A stretch of 64,000 nucleotides of DNA from Gnetum montanum (taxonomy: Eukaryota > Plantae > Gnetophyta): contig MNCI01000472.1 of assembly GCA_015680685.1 (NCBI GenBank), positions 615,863 through 679,862 of the forward strand, given 5' to 3'. The notes under the pieces were generated by a model, which saw only the letters and a program-made list of their open reading frames with translations, was not told the origin of the DNA and did no database searches. Positions 39,773 through 54,700 of this stretch are shown here, piece after piece. Position 1 is the stretch's first letter. The number at the start of each line of letters is the position of its first letter. Position numbers and translations under genes: made by a program.

Positions 39773-42700
39773 NNNNNNNNNNNNNNNNNNAAAATATGTT
39801 ACAAGAGATTACAACAGGGGGGTCACCAATGGTGGCCGCACCGAGGGGGAAGGATCCCCCAATCGCTCACATCATCTCACCCAGGCCGCACGGCCGAGGG
39901 CAGAGAGCCACGAGAAGAAATCAAAAAGCACCAATCAACAAAGAGAGGGGGGGGGCGGTGGATGGATAGAACGGGGGGCCCCCCACGAAGAACTCTTTAC
40001 AAAGCGGAAAGTGGGGGGGTGCCCCCCAAGAAAATTCCACCCACCCCTTAGGGGTTTGTAGGAAACTGCCTGCAAGCACAGTCGGGGCGCACCAGCTCAT
40101 GTAGAAGATCGAGAGTATTCCGGTGTTCCTCCGTGTCCATGAAGCTGGCCACCTGCTGGATACCCTGCATATTCCTCCGGTGTAGGCCGTATATTCAACC
40201 CACCATTATAATGAGTTACATTTTCCTAGTTGCTAATGTAAGTCTAGACCCATGTTTTGAGAAGTTGAAGAAAAAAAATTGTAATGAAAATTTAGAGGTT
40301 GGTTATCAAAGGTCCACAAACTGATTGCAAGTTGGAATTTTTATTGATTGAGTAATTGTTGAAAAAATATCCTTATATTTTTAGGCAATCTTTTGAGGGT
40401 TTTCAATATGAGCTCTTAAAGGATCATCATCCGGAGCCACAGTACTGTTACAAGGTGGCAACAGCCCTACATCCAAATGATTATCAAACATACAATCATA
40501 TAGCATCATCTTCATTCATGGTAAGCTTCATGAACAACTGCTATAAACAATCCTCTAATTTTGTATGCATCCATGTAAAAAATGAGCACAACAGAAAAAA
40601 TTTATCATTCACATTAATAGTTAAACTACCTATTCTAACAACATCTCTTCTTAAGATACTATTTTCAGATGAATCAATAAAAGAAATACTGAAATCGTAA
40701 TAATGGAGATAGTTCAAGTTGTGAGAAAAACCTATCAACTGCAACATTTGTTGCTGCAGATATTAAAACTCTTATTTGCCGTCCACCAAGGTCCTGGTAT
40801 TTTTTAAAAGAATCACATGATTTATAGATAGAAATTTTGTATCCACAATATCGTTTTAATTTCTAATTATTACAGAGGAATATATACCTCTACAACCCTT
40901 GTAAGGTAAATAACAAGAACGGTAAGTAGATAACCTGCAGCCAAATGAGAAGCAGAGTTATTAGATCTGTCTATATGAGCGTCATAAGATCAATCCAAAT
41001 TAGATTTCAAATTTCTCTCGCTAAAATCTGCTTCAATGCATACTTTTTCCCGACCCAAAGATTCCATGTACAAGACATATTTCAGGGGTTGAGGATAAGA
41101 AGCCCACTCTTGAATCAACTGAATTCGTGAACCACTTTGCTACAGAATGAACAACCTGAGACTACAATGAATAGAAACAAAAATGAATTGTTCCACTCCG
41201 ATTTCATCAGTACTGGTAATGATCAAGACATTTTGAGCTTGTTGATAAATACCTGGTCACTGTTAAGCTTGTACTTACTGCTAATAAACGCAGCCAATTT
41301 TTCAGCCTTCTCTAAATGATTCACATCTGATGAAACCTCTGGACACTGAATAAGAGATTTTAGCAAAGGAGTCTCTTCTGAATTCATTTCTCTGAAAAAA
41401 TGGTAACTGCTATAATCAGCAAGCTATACTCAACAGTATCAAAAAGACAATTTTTGTGTGACTATAGATGCTGATACGGCATAGACAAAAACATAAACAA
41501 AACCACAGATTTCCCAGGTGAACAAGCAATTCATCATTAGGAACAAATAGGTAGATGAAAGTGAACAGACGGTAACGTTCTTCAAAGCATTATACATAAA
41601 AGAAGTAAATTGCAACAAAAACTATATCATTAATGCATGTTATTATTTAGCATTTTATAAATAACACCCAATAAGAGTATCCTTCCTCTTTAACACCCAT
41701 AAAATAATATCCTGGTGAAATGACAACTTCATTAATAAGTATTATTAGAAAGGATAAACAATACAATTGGGTACAAAAAATGTTAAGGATCATTTGAATG
41801 ATTCAAACAATGGTTTACAAGTACACCTATTTTAGCCATGTTAAACATTAACAAGCCTTATGTGGTGTCCACATGCATTAGCAGAAGGTTTAAGCTATGT
41901 TTTAATAAAGATGGTAACGCAATTGCCTTTGTATTAAGTCCACTGAAAACTCATGCTAAGAATTACCGTACACATAATTTAAAATTAGCTATCGTTGAAA
42001 CACTAAAAATTTGACGTCACTACTCTGGAGCAAGCTTCCAAGTTTGGACTGATCACCAAAGCCAAAAGTTCAATTTCATACAGCAGAATCTTAATCTAAT
42101 GCAAAGAAGGTGGACTGAATCCTTAGTGTCTCCAATTTTGAAATTACAATACAATTGATGCTGCAGATTCCATATGTTTTTTGATGATTTCTTCAACTAA
42201 ATAGTGATGCTGCAAAGTTCGGCATTGATTAAACACATCATCTTCACAACACAAGTTGTATTAGAAGATTGATATTTTATTTCACCTAAAGATGTTTTTC
42301 ACTAACCATTCTGATGAGCAGTGGAGTAGTCCAACACCTAACCATACAAGATACAAGTGTTCACGTGCAGCTCAGTTGAATTCCGTGGACAAGGTAATGT
42401 AATTATGCTAATAATTGGTTTAAATTCACAATCATTGTCTTCCCACGTGAACTAGTAAAATCAATGCGTATGGTTTAACTCATGGTGAGGTGTATCATGT
42501 GTTGATCTTGCAAGGCCATATTACTCCTAGTGAACATAAGGTAAATGAAGTGGTTTCTAAATCTAAGTAACTATAAACGAATCTAATCTAGCCTAGTGCA
42601 ACAGACATTCATTCCTAATTCTCCACACACATCTTGGACTTATGTAATCATTATTGGGATTGCCAAGTATTCCACTACTAGGTGAACCAAGCAATAATAC

Positions 42701-45700
42701 GAGTAAGAGACCAAACAATCACACTTAATGCTCAAAATTAATCGTATCCAGTCTGCTTAACAACAGTAAAAGTAAAGTTCAGGGAAAGTAAACAATAACT
42801 AAGNCGCATCTAAGTGTCATATTTATAGACCTGCACGCATTCGCAATATCGGATATCTGATGTCACATCATAGGCTCCAATTAAGGAGACATGATATAGC
42901 AACTCTGATATTGGATACCTGATATCATAGCTAGTGAAAAATATGATTTATCATACCCCCACAACTAACTAAAAACTCATCCTCAAGTTAAAACAAAATG
43001 AGGATGGAGTTCCTTACAAAATTAGGAGGTAGATTTACATAACACTAACTACTATGTACATGACTCTTAATTGCCACAATGGTGTTTACAAAAATGACAC
43101 AAAACATGACATCACAACTTCAACAAAAAACAAAATTGGGTGAAGCTCTATGTAGCCTTATGTGGTTCCAGGTGGTGGTGGCTCTTCCATTGGTTGCTTC
43201 CCCTTGTCATCAGGCTTATGGAATCTATCCTGGTTCAGAAGTGCCTAAAGTTTCTCCTCTTCCATTCGTGGGTCATGCACCGTCCATGCTAATGAACCAA
43301 TGTTTGATGGAATCAGCACGTCCCATGGGCATGGCACTTGTGGAAGCATTTGATTTGCTTTAACATACCAAGCTACGAACTATCTTCTCTCCTCTTTGAA
43401 CGCCCAGGCCTTCTCTCATAATTCATGATAATTTGTCAATCTTTTGGCCAGATTTGCTGCTACATCCTTCTGCCCTTGATAGCCAGCCTTCACTACTTCC
43501 AGTTCAAAGTTTGCCACTTGGAGTTTTTGCAAAGCATCTTTTCAATCTGCAAACTCTTTTTCATACAAAGCATAGGTGGCTGCTACTTCTTGTTCTAATT
43601 TATTCCTAGGTCTATCTGTTGTTAACATGGTTAAGTTAGCATAACAAAGGCTAGCTAACCCCATGTATTCTTTCAAATCTTCAATCTGCATGTCTTTGTT
43701 TTTCACTTACACTTAGTGGACAAGGGCATAATTGTCCAAAATGGGTTGCTAGTCAGGATTTTGTGTTGAAATGGTGTTGATTCTGGCTTTGGCAACCTAG
43801 ATCTCTTTCACATTGATTTGCTTGTACATGCCCACCTAATCTTGAAAGTGTTCCTTAAGCCTCTCCTGTTTCTTTGCCTCATTTTGTCGAATGGCGTGTA
43901 CCTCCTCCATTGAGAGGGTTCTATTTGCTCTTGCGAAGCAGCTCGTGTCTTGGTTGACCTTCACTAGTTATTTCCTTAACTAGTGGACACTCTCCTCTAA
44001 TTTTTTTTATTTTTATTTTATTTTTTTTTTTTGCTTTTCAACAATGATCAACCTCATGATATCAACAAAAAGTTGTTTATTTTCCTCTTTAACTATGGTA
44101 AGTGCCTTGACATGTGCATATATTTGTGCTTTTGCTATGGAGGCATTCCATACAGCTTTCTCCCTCTTTGTTGCCATCTATTTATTTTGCTCAATCAAAT
44201 GGTTTATCTACTCTATTCTGAACTGTTCTATCTAGTTAGGTGCAATGAATTGTGTCGGATTTCTTTGTTCAACTCTCAAGGTTGTGAGCTCTTCTTGTAA
44301 TTTCAAAGTTTCATTTTATACATGCTATGCCCTTGTCTCTGCCATGACCAATTTTCCTTTGGTAGCGATGCGCTCAAACTGTACTATAGTGACATCACTA
44401 GGGATGTCAAAAAGTGTTGTCACGACTTGCCCAGTCTACAATAGTCTATCGAGCACATCCTCATAGTCAGCAAGATTCATTGAGGTTTTGGCTAACATTT
44501 GAGCGTCTAGCTCCAATTAGATCAACTAGTGGCATAATAGGTACACTGAAAAATTCCTTGATGTGATCAGTGATCACCTATGCTACTCCCACTACATCTT
44601 GGTGTTGCATTATCACTATTGTGGCTCCTTCTCCAATCTCAAGCGCCACTTGAAACAATGAAACGTTCCCAAAGATCTATTGTGACCATTGCACCTCTCC
44701 TCCTGACTGTAGTGAAATCTATCCACTTGTTGGATCAGCTAAAACTATGGGTTGGATGGCACTATTAATAACTTTGTAAAGATTGGCCTCCTCCCTTGTT
44801 CCCCAGCTAATTGTTTCTACAATCTATTGTAGATGACTCATCAACGGTCTATAATCTTGCAACGATGGCAATGGAACTTGTTATTGTTGCTCTTGTTGTT
44901 GCTATTGTTGCTCTTCTTCTTCTTCTTCTTGTTGTTCCTGTTGTTACTCTTGCTCTTGTTCTTGCTCTTGTTCTTCATCTTGATCATTTCTAGGTGGTGC
45001 TTGTTTGAGCAATTCAGTGTATAAAGCATTTTTGACTCTCCTAGAAACATCATTGTTGTATCCCAGGATTCCAGCTCGCTTGCACAGCTTCCTAATAAGC
45101 AAGGAAATGGAAGTCTTGGCTTCCCTATCTTCCTTTCTTTAAATTGTCCCTGTATTTCCATAAAATAGAGTTGTGCGAGGTTGGCATTGTATTTGCCCAT
45201 TAGAATCGCACTTCATCTAGCTACATAAGTAGATAGTCAATTGAGTCCTTTTGTTGGGAATAAGTGATAATTGCCAATTTTGAAGTAGATTCTTTCTTCC
45301 AAAGTAGCTCATTATAGCCCTTATCTTCTTTGCCATAAGCCCGTTTCAACCAGAGTTTTCTGGTTTCAGGATCTAATAGGGTGGACAGATGTGCTAGCCT
45401 TGCCCCTTCATTGGGTATATTCAGAGCTTCTGCAATTGCCTTGATCGAGAATGAAACTAAGACTCCTCCAATATTAACTGTAGTACCCTCCTTTTTGTTG
45501 TGCCAAAACTGATAGGTCTCTCTAAGGTACCATTCACCATTCTATGATAGTGTCGACCATAGCAGTGACACTTGGAGTTGCATCCTCATCGCTTCAAGAA
45601 CAAATTCCATGAACGGGACATAGTTCATTTCCACAATAACTGTGGTTAGGGTGAATCTTTCTTAGATGGCTTGGAGGCAGTCCTGTGACAACATAAGGCG

Positions 45701-48700
45701 TTGTCTGAGCACTTGTGGTTGTTCTGCCTCTCCTTGGGCCAATTGTCCCATAACAAGAGTTTCTTAATGAATGTTGAACAATTGGGATTCCTACTCCTCA
45801 TATTCTTGTTATTGTCCTCCAATTCAGCCTCTACCTTGGCCTCTTGGTCATTTGCTTGTTCCCTACAAGGGTCCTCATTGTGCTCCTCTTTTTGGAACCA
45901 TCTGCAATCATCAAGGAATTCGGATTACTAAGGTGTTCACACTTATTCTTAACAGTTTCATACCTTACTCATACCCTTAGTTTCATTAAGTTCTTAATTT
46001 ATTAGGATTGCAGAGTTAGGAAAATTTTTTGCAAAAAGTACCTTATAAGTATTAATCTCTTATAACCCTTCGCAGTTGTCTAATTTGTTCTTATGTATGG
46101 CTCATGATGATGGTTATGGTTCCTTAAGAACATTATTTGAGTGTTTTGGCATTAATATGTGTGATTATTCTTTAAAAATTTCAACTTTCACTTCATACTT
46201 ACCCTTAAAATACCTTCCAAGCGTTAGAATTTTTTGAAAAAATTGGCTCAAATTTTCCTCACTAGCACCCCTCCACTACTAAGATGAGCACTCTATGATC
46301 AAATAGGTTCAAAAAGCATGAAAATTGGAGCGATAACAGTCAAGTTATGGCTTCGAAAAGCTAGGAGGTCAAAGCTCAAATTAGAGAAGAAAATTCGAAA
46401 AATTTCCTTTGTGTGCAAATGAGAAATGGTGAAAATTTCAGCTAAGTCTCCATGTATTTATACATTTTGAGGAGCCCAACATCAAGGATCCAATATAGGT
46501 GCAAACCCAATATCGGAGTCCAAGAAATTTCACTTTTCATGAAGGTTTGATGGGAAAAATTAATTCTTTGATATGTCTAGAAGGTTTTAAGGTTACTTAG
46601 AGGGTTTAGATTATGGATATAGGCTTAGTTTTGTCAAAATTTCATCATTGAAAGTTTGTAGAGAAGGAATCTCAAGCTAAGAAAGTGTATCATATGGATA
46701 AGAAGGGTAATGGATTCATGTTTTTAGAACAAATAGTTTGAGATGATATGGAAAGTGTTTATTGATGTTTTGTGATGTTGGAAGGTTCAATATGACGTGG
46801 AATTGCTTGGTAGGTATAAGATACAATAGTTATACAAGTGGTTCCTTCCCAAAGCAAGCTCCAGCTCTTAATGCCTTTGTATAACCCACACCTAGAAGTG
46901 CCCTCAAGCACTTAAGGAGTTGAATGTAACGCATACCTATTTAGCAAAACACACATGTTAGTACCACAAAATTTGGAAAATAACTCTATGTTACTCAAAA
47001 CCATAAGTTATGACTATTCAAACAATGAGATGAGATGGACTTTAGAAGGGATTGCAGAAATTGGGACGTGAGGTGTCTTACCATAGGCATAATGAATTCT
47101 TATATTTTATTAGTGGTTAAAGTAATCACTAGGCTTTCTGTCCAACATTCAAACCAAGTCCAGATCATCGTCCAATGACATTGCATCCTGTCGTCTCTTG
47201 GGATTACAACTATAAGGCCGTCAATGTTGCAAGGAGTATCGTCACTTGGTGTATTGTCCAAGGGACGAGTTTTATTCATGGCACTTTGTTTTATTTTTAG
47301 ATTTCTGAAAAGCCACCTACCTTAAGGCATGGGTAACATGTCTTTCCATATTTATTATGTGCTCTTTTATTTTATTTGTATCAACCTTTGAAGGTAGCAC
47401 TTATTTTACTCTTACTCTCATTTCCCGTTAGATCTACAAAGATATAATACAACTTTAGCAACATGATAGAACTCACAATAGTAATCCAAAAGAATCCACA
47501 AATCCCCTTGATGTCTCACCCTTTTCATCCCCACTTGGTTCTTCACTTTTCAATCTAGGCATAATGATCACAAGTTTATTATTAGTTGCATGATGGAATA
47601 TCATTATGGCCGTGGTAAGAACCTCTTATTAATGGAATGGGTCAATGGATGGTGTGGGCTCATTGTTTAAATAATCAATTCCTTATGACTTGATAACATA
47701 GAGAAATTTTCACCTTCTTGGACTACATCTTGTCTTTATTCAATGTGTCTTATTAGTAATCAAGATTATTTACAAAGGGTTTGAAAACAAAGTATTAAAA
47801 AAAGGAAAAAGATAGTGAGAATTGTGAAAAAGTTTAAAGAATAAAAAATGTTAAAAGAATAGAAAATGTTAAAGAATCAAAAGATACTAAAGAATGTCAA
47901 ACATTCAAGAAATGAAAAGTATCAAAGAATGTGAAAAACAAAAAATAGGAGAACATTTATTAATTCCGAACTTAAAGTAAGGCACCTTTCCCACAACTGA
48001 ACTCATGGGCGAGTGCTCTAAAAATGCTCCCTAGATCTCCTAGATCATACACTCTAGATGGTTCACTTACCATCTTTATTGGTTTAACTTTTTTGTTATT
48101 ATCCCATGTAATTTTGATGGTCATGGACTTTTGATCGTCTAAGTCCTTGTTCTCTTTCCCTTTTGGTGTATGATTATGAGTTATTAATTTCGCTATTGGG
48201 TCCTTAGTTGCAGTCATTTTCTTAGATTGGAAATTCATAAGTGGTTTAGATGTTTCCATGCATGTTTTAGACAATTTTTGGTTCTCAGTCAATGGCCACA
48301 CTATGTCTTTTGGCTTTGTGCCTCCTGCTCTTTCTTTTGCACATGTTTGTTTTTCACTATTGTGGTGACTGTGTTAACATTCTAGAGTGTCAATCCACCA
48401 TTGCACCTTTTACTTTCAGCAGTAATGCATGGAATCCACTGTGTATGTATAGCTTCGTGCACGTCTTCTTTAGAGATCTCAATAGATAGATCCCTCATAC
48501 TCAGCTTAGCATCAATTGTGCTAAGCCATGCTCTCCCCATGACAATTGGAAACTCCTTATAAACATCTTTTACATCAATTACCAGAAAATCTACTAGATA
48601 ACACCACCCATTGACAATGGTCACTACATTGTCTATCTATCACAAAGAAACGACGACAAACTGATCTACAAGCTCCAACCCGATGTTGCATTCTTCCAAT

Positions 48701-51700
48701 GATGTTAGGTTTCATACTTGATAGGTTTCGTAAGAGATCAAATTTACCCCAGAACTTGAGTCTAATAGAGCTTTGCATGGTAGATTTCCAGCTACAAGTA
48801 GATAAATCAAAGGAATTCCTATATCAATTCTCTTCTTAGGGAGTGGTCCTGCCTTAATCCAATCTGCGACGATTTCAATGAGCATAACAATCTATATGTT
48901 TGGATCGGATGATGATGGAAGCTTGTTGGTAGTAAGAGAATCTATGGTAGGGGAAGTTGGTCTCGATGAAGCTCTAATTCTACCAACCTTTTCAAGACTT
49001 GTCCTAAAGAAAGGATGTTTCTTTGCTTAGCCCTTAATCTTGTTGGAAGGACTCTCTATATAAATGCTCATTGTGTGTGCAGCTTCCCTAGGATACAGTT
49101 GTGATGGCAATTCACCCTGCATAGCAAGTGATGGCACTGCTGCTAAAGGATTTGGATTGTGATTTGAAAAATCAATTACTTGTGGATGCACATATGAGTT
49201 TGAGCTGGTCCTTGGTGGCATTGGTCTATGGTATTCTGGCAGATAATACTATGGAGTCTAAACAATTACGTTTGCTGGTGAGATTGCACGTTGAACGTAA
49301 TATTCATAAGGGTCTGGTTGCCTGTATAGATATTGTTGCCTTGGCGGTGGCATTGCCCATGTTTGCGATTGTTGCCACTATTGTTCATATTGCTCATGTG
49401 GTTGAGGGTAGGCTCCAGTTGGGTAATAGGTTGGCTAGAAAGGTTGCCTGATATTACCTTGAGGATAAGGAAGTCTTTTGGGCCCCTGATTTTTAACAAA
49501 GCTTGCATTGAGTGCATATACCTTAGATTCTTGCAAGAGGGCCATAACAGGACAACATCCCTTAGGATGTTCATACTAGCACACCTTGCATCCTTCCTCT
49601 TCCTCTGAACTAGAGTCAGTGTACCCTTCAATGGTAGCAATCTTCCTTTGTGCTTGTAACTCTCTTGTCCATAATCTCTTTTCTTCTTCTTTTCCTTGTC
49701 CCTGTTGAGTGCTTGTTCAATCTTTTCTTCCACGATCTTTAGGGTCGTAGCAATCTTTTCATCCACTAAATCCCAAACTTTCTCTATCTTAGCTACTATA
49801 TTGTTGACTAATTTTTGAATAGGTAGAGTCTTTTGCTGAATAACATCGTCCAAAGTTTCATCCTCTAGCTTGTTGCATATTCGCACATCTCTTTTTTGGA
49901 TTAATGGATCTTTATTGTACTCTTCAACTGATTCCCTTTTTCTTAGCTCACCCTCTTCTTTTACCACTTGATCAATTAGTCCTTGAATGTGATGGATGGT
50001 CATTTCTAATAATCTTCCCTGGGCATAAACCCCAAGGATCTCTCTAATTTTGCTCCGTATCCCATCTACAATGTGCCTGAGTTGTTTCTTTGATGAAAAT
50101 TTGTGGCTTGGGCACCTACCTAATAGTGAATAGTATCTACCCATTGTCATATCAAGGGTCTCAAGAGTCCCTTGCCTCCATCCCTAGATTTCTTTTGGTA
50201 AATTTGACACTCATAAATATGTTTGGTACTTGTCGTGAAATATTTCGAGCATGGTACTCCAATGTCTAATGGATTCAAGTTCCAATGACTTGAAACAACT
50301 CTCCACCTCTTTCACAAGTGTTCTCAAAAGTAGCTTCAACTTTCGCCAATCACTCTTGATGTTTTGGAGGGCACATGCATCATGGAAAGCTTGGAGGTGA
50401 TGTTGTGGATCAGCGTTGTAGCCATCATCAAATCTTGGCATATTGTTCATGTCTAGCCATTTGATTTGGCTACCCCTCATGTGCCTAGTTGGTATGTGGA
50501 CAGCTTCCTAGATGTTTATCATGCTTCGGGTTGCCATAAGAGGTTCATCATCGTGGTTGGGTTCGTATGCTCTATTGTAGCAGTGACCCTTCTATGCCCA
50601 TACCTTTCTTGATCCTCTCTTCTATCCCTTCATCTCCTTCGTTCATGTTCTTCATCTTCTGTATCAGAGTGCCTTGAATATTGATCATGATAGCCATGAG
50701 TCCTCCTTTCTTTCCTATCATAGTCCCAGTACTTGTGTCGTCTTCTATTAGAGTCCACTGACAATCAGGATAAGATAGATGAGGTATCAGGAGAATGACG
50801 TCGACTTGTTCTCCTTTCATGACTCTTGTATGCTTCTTTGTAGGATTTGGCAGGAACCCTTGGCCTTGAGTCCTGCTTCTACCTTGAGTCAGTAGCCTCC
50901 CCTTCAAGTGTCTCTGCTAGAGTGAAATGCAGTTGGGCTTTGACAAGCTCCTCAAGTCTAATGATAAGTGTTTTTGAAGGCTCCTCATGGTTCTAGTGGA
51001 GTTGCTCTGAAATAAATGCATCAACATCAAGTTCTTCAAAGACAACAAAAATGTTGGTTTGCTTCCCTTTGTTGTGTACATGTTTGATCTCCATGGCAAC
51101 ATCTTTCCTCATTTGCTCCTTTGTGGGTTCATAGGGTCTTGTCATGTGTTGTGTCACATGATACCCTTCCTAGATCTCGTCCAAATGCATTCCCCTTAAG
51201 GTAGTTTGGAACATGTTAAGTGCTACATGTTCTAGAGGTAGGCCTATGTTGTCTTGCACGTCCCTCCACCTCATTTGATTGTCCTAATGGAAGATGAAAG
51301 TGAAGTCTGGATGGTTGCATTTACATCACCCATTCTTCTTCATCAATAATTCTATCATTGCTTCTTATTGTCTCCTTGGTAAGTTATGCTTGATCTTTGT
51401 TTGAAGCCATATTATAGTTTTTAAACATTATATTTTAAGTGTGCTTTTCTTATGGATGTAAGGTTTGACTTTATGTTTCAAATACAATGAACTTTGAGAA
51501 ATCAATTACTAAGCATACATTAACGTGCCCCTGGCAACGACGCCAATGATGAGCAGTGGAGTAGTCCAACACCCAACCATACGATACACGAGTGTTCACA
51601 TGTAGCCGAGTCGAATACATGGACAAAGCAATGTAATTATGCTAATAATTGGTTTAAGTTCACAATCATTGTCTTCCCACATGAGCTAGTAAAATTGATG

Positions 51701-54700
51701 TGTATGGTTTAACTCACGATGAGGTGTATGATGTGTTGATGTTGTAAGGCCATATTACTCCTAGTGAACATAAGGTAAATGAAGTGGTTTCTAAATCTTA
51801 GTAAACAAATCTAATCTAGCCTAGTGCGATGGACATCCATTCCTCATCCTTCGTACATGTCTTGGACTTATGTAATCATTACTGGGATTACCAAGTATTC
51901 TACTACTGGACGAACCAAGCAATAATACTACTGAGTTACCAAACGATCACACTTGATGCTTGGAATAAGTCGTATCCATTCTGCTTAACAACAGTAAAAG
52001 TAAAGTTCATGGAAAGTAAACAGTAACTAAGGAAACAATAAACATTATACTAAGATAAAATAGTAAACATTAGTCTAGGTAAACAGTAAGAAATCTAAGT
52101 GATGCTGCAATGATGCAAAGCAATCTCGATATTTATTTCCGGTCATGAAACATGTCCAAGTATATTCCACTCGAATAAAGACTCCTTTCAATCACTTAAC
52201 ATTACACTACAGGCATACATTGCTAAGTGCTAAGTGTTAAAATCAAGAAAACAAACTAACAAAATTTCGCTAAGGTTGGAATGAAAACTGTTCATGGACC
52301 GTGCACCTAAGTGTCATATTTATAAGCTTGCACACGTCCATGATATCAGATACCCGATGTTGCATCATAGGCTCCAATACCATATACGTGATATCATGGC
52401 TCCAATATCATATGCCCAATATCGTAGCCAGTCAAAAATATGATTTATCACATTCAAAAACATGAAAAACTAATCTACATAAAAAATGAAAACAAAATAA
52501 TGAAGTCATTATTTAAAAACAATCTTTATTAACAATGAACAAATCACTCATCAATTTACAAATATGACTGAAATAAATATTTAAGGCTGACACAAATATC
52601 TCTAAACATTATGACATGAAGGATAAAATTTCAAACAATATTTAATTCATAATATGCAATCTTTCTAAAATTTACCGTAAAATATTTAGCATGGCAACCT
52701 CAGATTGAATACAAGGTCCATGTAAAGCATAAGCTTTACTAGATGGCACCATCGGTGGTTTTCCTTCAAGGAAAGTCACCTGCAATGTTAGTAAATGACA
52801 TTGATTTAGCCAATAAATTGATGATACACTTATAGAGACAAAAATATAATTTTGAGCATATGCTATTTTTTAAGAAACTATAGTATTAATCATCATCATC
52901 CTAGCTTTATCCCAACTACATGAAGTCAGCTATATGAGTTCTTTTCTACATTCATTTTTGTTAAGAGCTAAATTAGCATTAATACCTAAATCATGGATAC
53001 TTTTGTTCATTCTTGCAAATCTAGTATGTTTTGGTATAAAAGCTTGAAATCAATAACTATATCATTAATGCATGTTATAAATCAGTGTATGATAAATAAC
53101 ACATTGAAATTACCATTGATGATCTACAATTAGACCTTTTCTTGCAAGATTGATTTCAAATATGACTAAAATAGGGTCTCAAGGGGATATCACCTATAGG
53201 CTCATTGATCATCCCACCAAGCAAGGTCTCCAAAAGACTGGTAGATGAGCGAAACTCTATCCTCTTTTCAAGTAGCTGCAACCAAGCTTGAACTTAGATC
53301 TTTTGACTTCAGAAGTGAGCACTTTGCCATTACTCCAAATGGTGTCCCTTTAAATATGTATAAAATGATTATATAAAATCAGATGTTAATCTAGTGGCAA
53401 GAGGCTTGACATGGAAATTGCAGGTCATATATTCAATTTTAGTGGAGAACACTAAGTTAGGAAAATAATCTTAAAAGGTTTTTGAAAGGAATATGGTCTA
53501 AGAGGCCCAAGCCAGGCTCAATGGATGTAATTAAATACATTCATATTAAGGACCAATGTAAACATGAAAAGAGAGATGGAGCAATAGAGAAATGTTACGA
53601 GGACCAAAGGAATGAAGGACAGGTGCAATGCATGTAGGTGTGGGTACATGGCAAAGCAATGTGAGTGGGCATGTGTAAATAGTGGTGCAATGCATGTCGG
53701 AGGGATGGCAGCATGGGACATGGTGTGTGGCATCATGCATACAATGTTCAACTACAATGCTCTAGGTGAGTCATGCTAGTCTTGTGTAGGACAAGCTTTG
53801 CCATCTCACGGCAAGCCCGTTGAGAGGAGGTTGGGGGTATCTACCTCTTGGCTGCAATGATGGGCCTTCGTTGCCAACTCACTAGATCAAGCTTCATGTA
53901 CCAAACTCCTACTATGATGTCGATAATAGGATATTCAAGTTCACCCTTATCGGGAAATTCATCCCAACAAGCCCTAGACCTAGGATTGATTGGATTTGAG
54001 ATTGGGCTTCCACCAAATGGTTAAGGATCCTTCATTTTTAGATTCCAACATTGTCAGATGGTATGTTACTCTTCTTTTTACTTTTTCTAAAGTTCGTGAT
54101 AGCATTCCCACCCAGGACCCTTGGTTCTTCAGCACTAGAAACCTTCTATTACCATAATGAAGGCCAAGAGCAAAGTTTGATAGCTCCCTCTTCAAGGAAG
54201 CCCTTCTTTGGATTTGCATTCCAAACTTCCCTATAGAATACTAGATCAAGGGATCCCTTGATACAGTTGCCCAATAATTTTAGGAGCTGATTTAACTAGA
54301 CAAGGCATCATCACAACAATCCCATCTCATTACTACTCATTTCTACACCTAGATGTGCTTCGAGGACACTTGAAACATAATAGAGATTGAGCTTTCTAGC
54401 AAATGGGATATTGATACCCTTAAGGTAAGGTATGAAAATGTGCCTCGTCACATTGCCTTTATAGCAGTAAAGCCCACATCACACAATACTACCCAAAGTG
54501 AGCTCTCATCTATACCCACTATGGTAAGCCCAACCACCACTTACAAGAGTGTAGAACCGGAAAAAGGAAGGTAGGAGAGATACAATCCCAAGAGCACCAA
54601 CATCAAGTAGAGAAGGCCCAAGCAAAGGGATGTGGATCCTACAAGAGGCCAGGTCATTAGAGTGAGGGCTATCATGCCAAGAATTACAGTAACAAGACCA

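Larger units (their letters stand above)
42312..52450 (-). mobile_element. Complete non-autonomous Athila-like Ty3/gypsy LTR retrotransposon (element 2), intronic
   Basis: LTRs 42312-42953 and 51547-52450 (TGATGAGC...TTATCA); TSD CATTC at 42307-42311 and 52451-52455; PBS TGGCGTCGTTGCCAGGGG at 51528-51545; gag, protease and an extra ORF, but no RT/RNaseH/integrase seen. Confidence 0.95.

Noticed and set aside
42790-42820. About 260-bp deletion in the 3' LTR of element 2
   Set aside because: Coincides with an n at 42804, so it is probably an assembly join.
44811-45200. Poly-Leu/Val membrane-like and Asn/Lys-rich ORFs
   Set aside because: Antisense and off-frame readings of the Glu/Gln low-complexity part of the LTR element's extra ORF.
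53385-53450. tRNA gene
   Set aside because: Only a degenerate A/B-box-like head with no cloverleaf; at most a SINE remnant.
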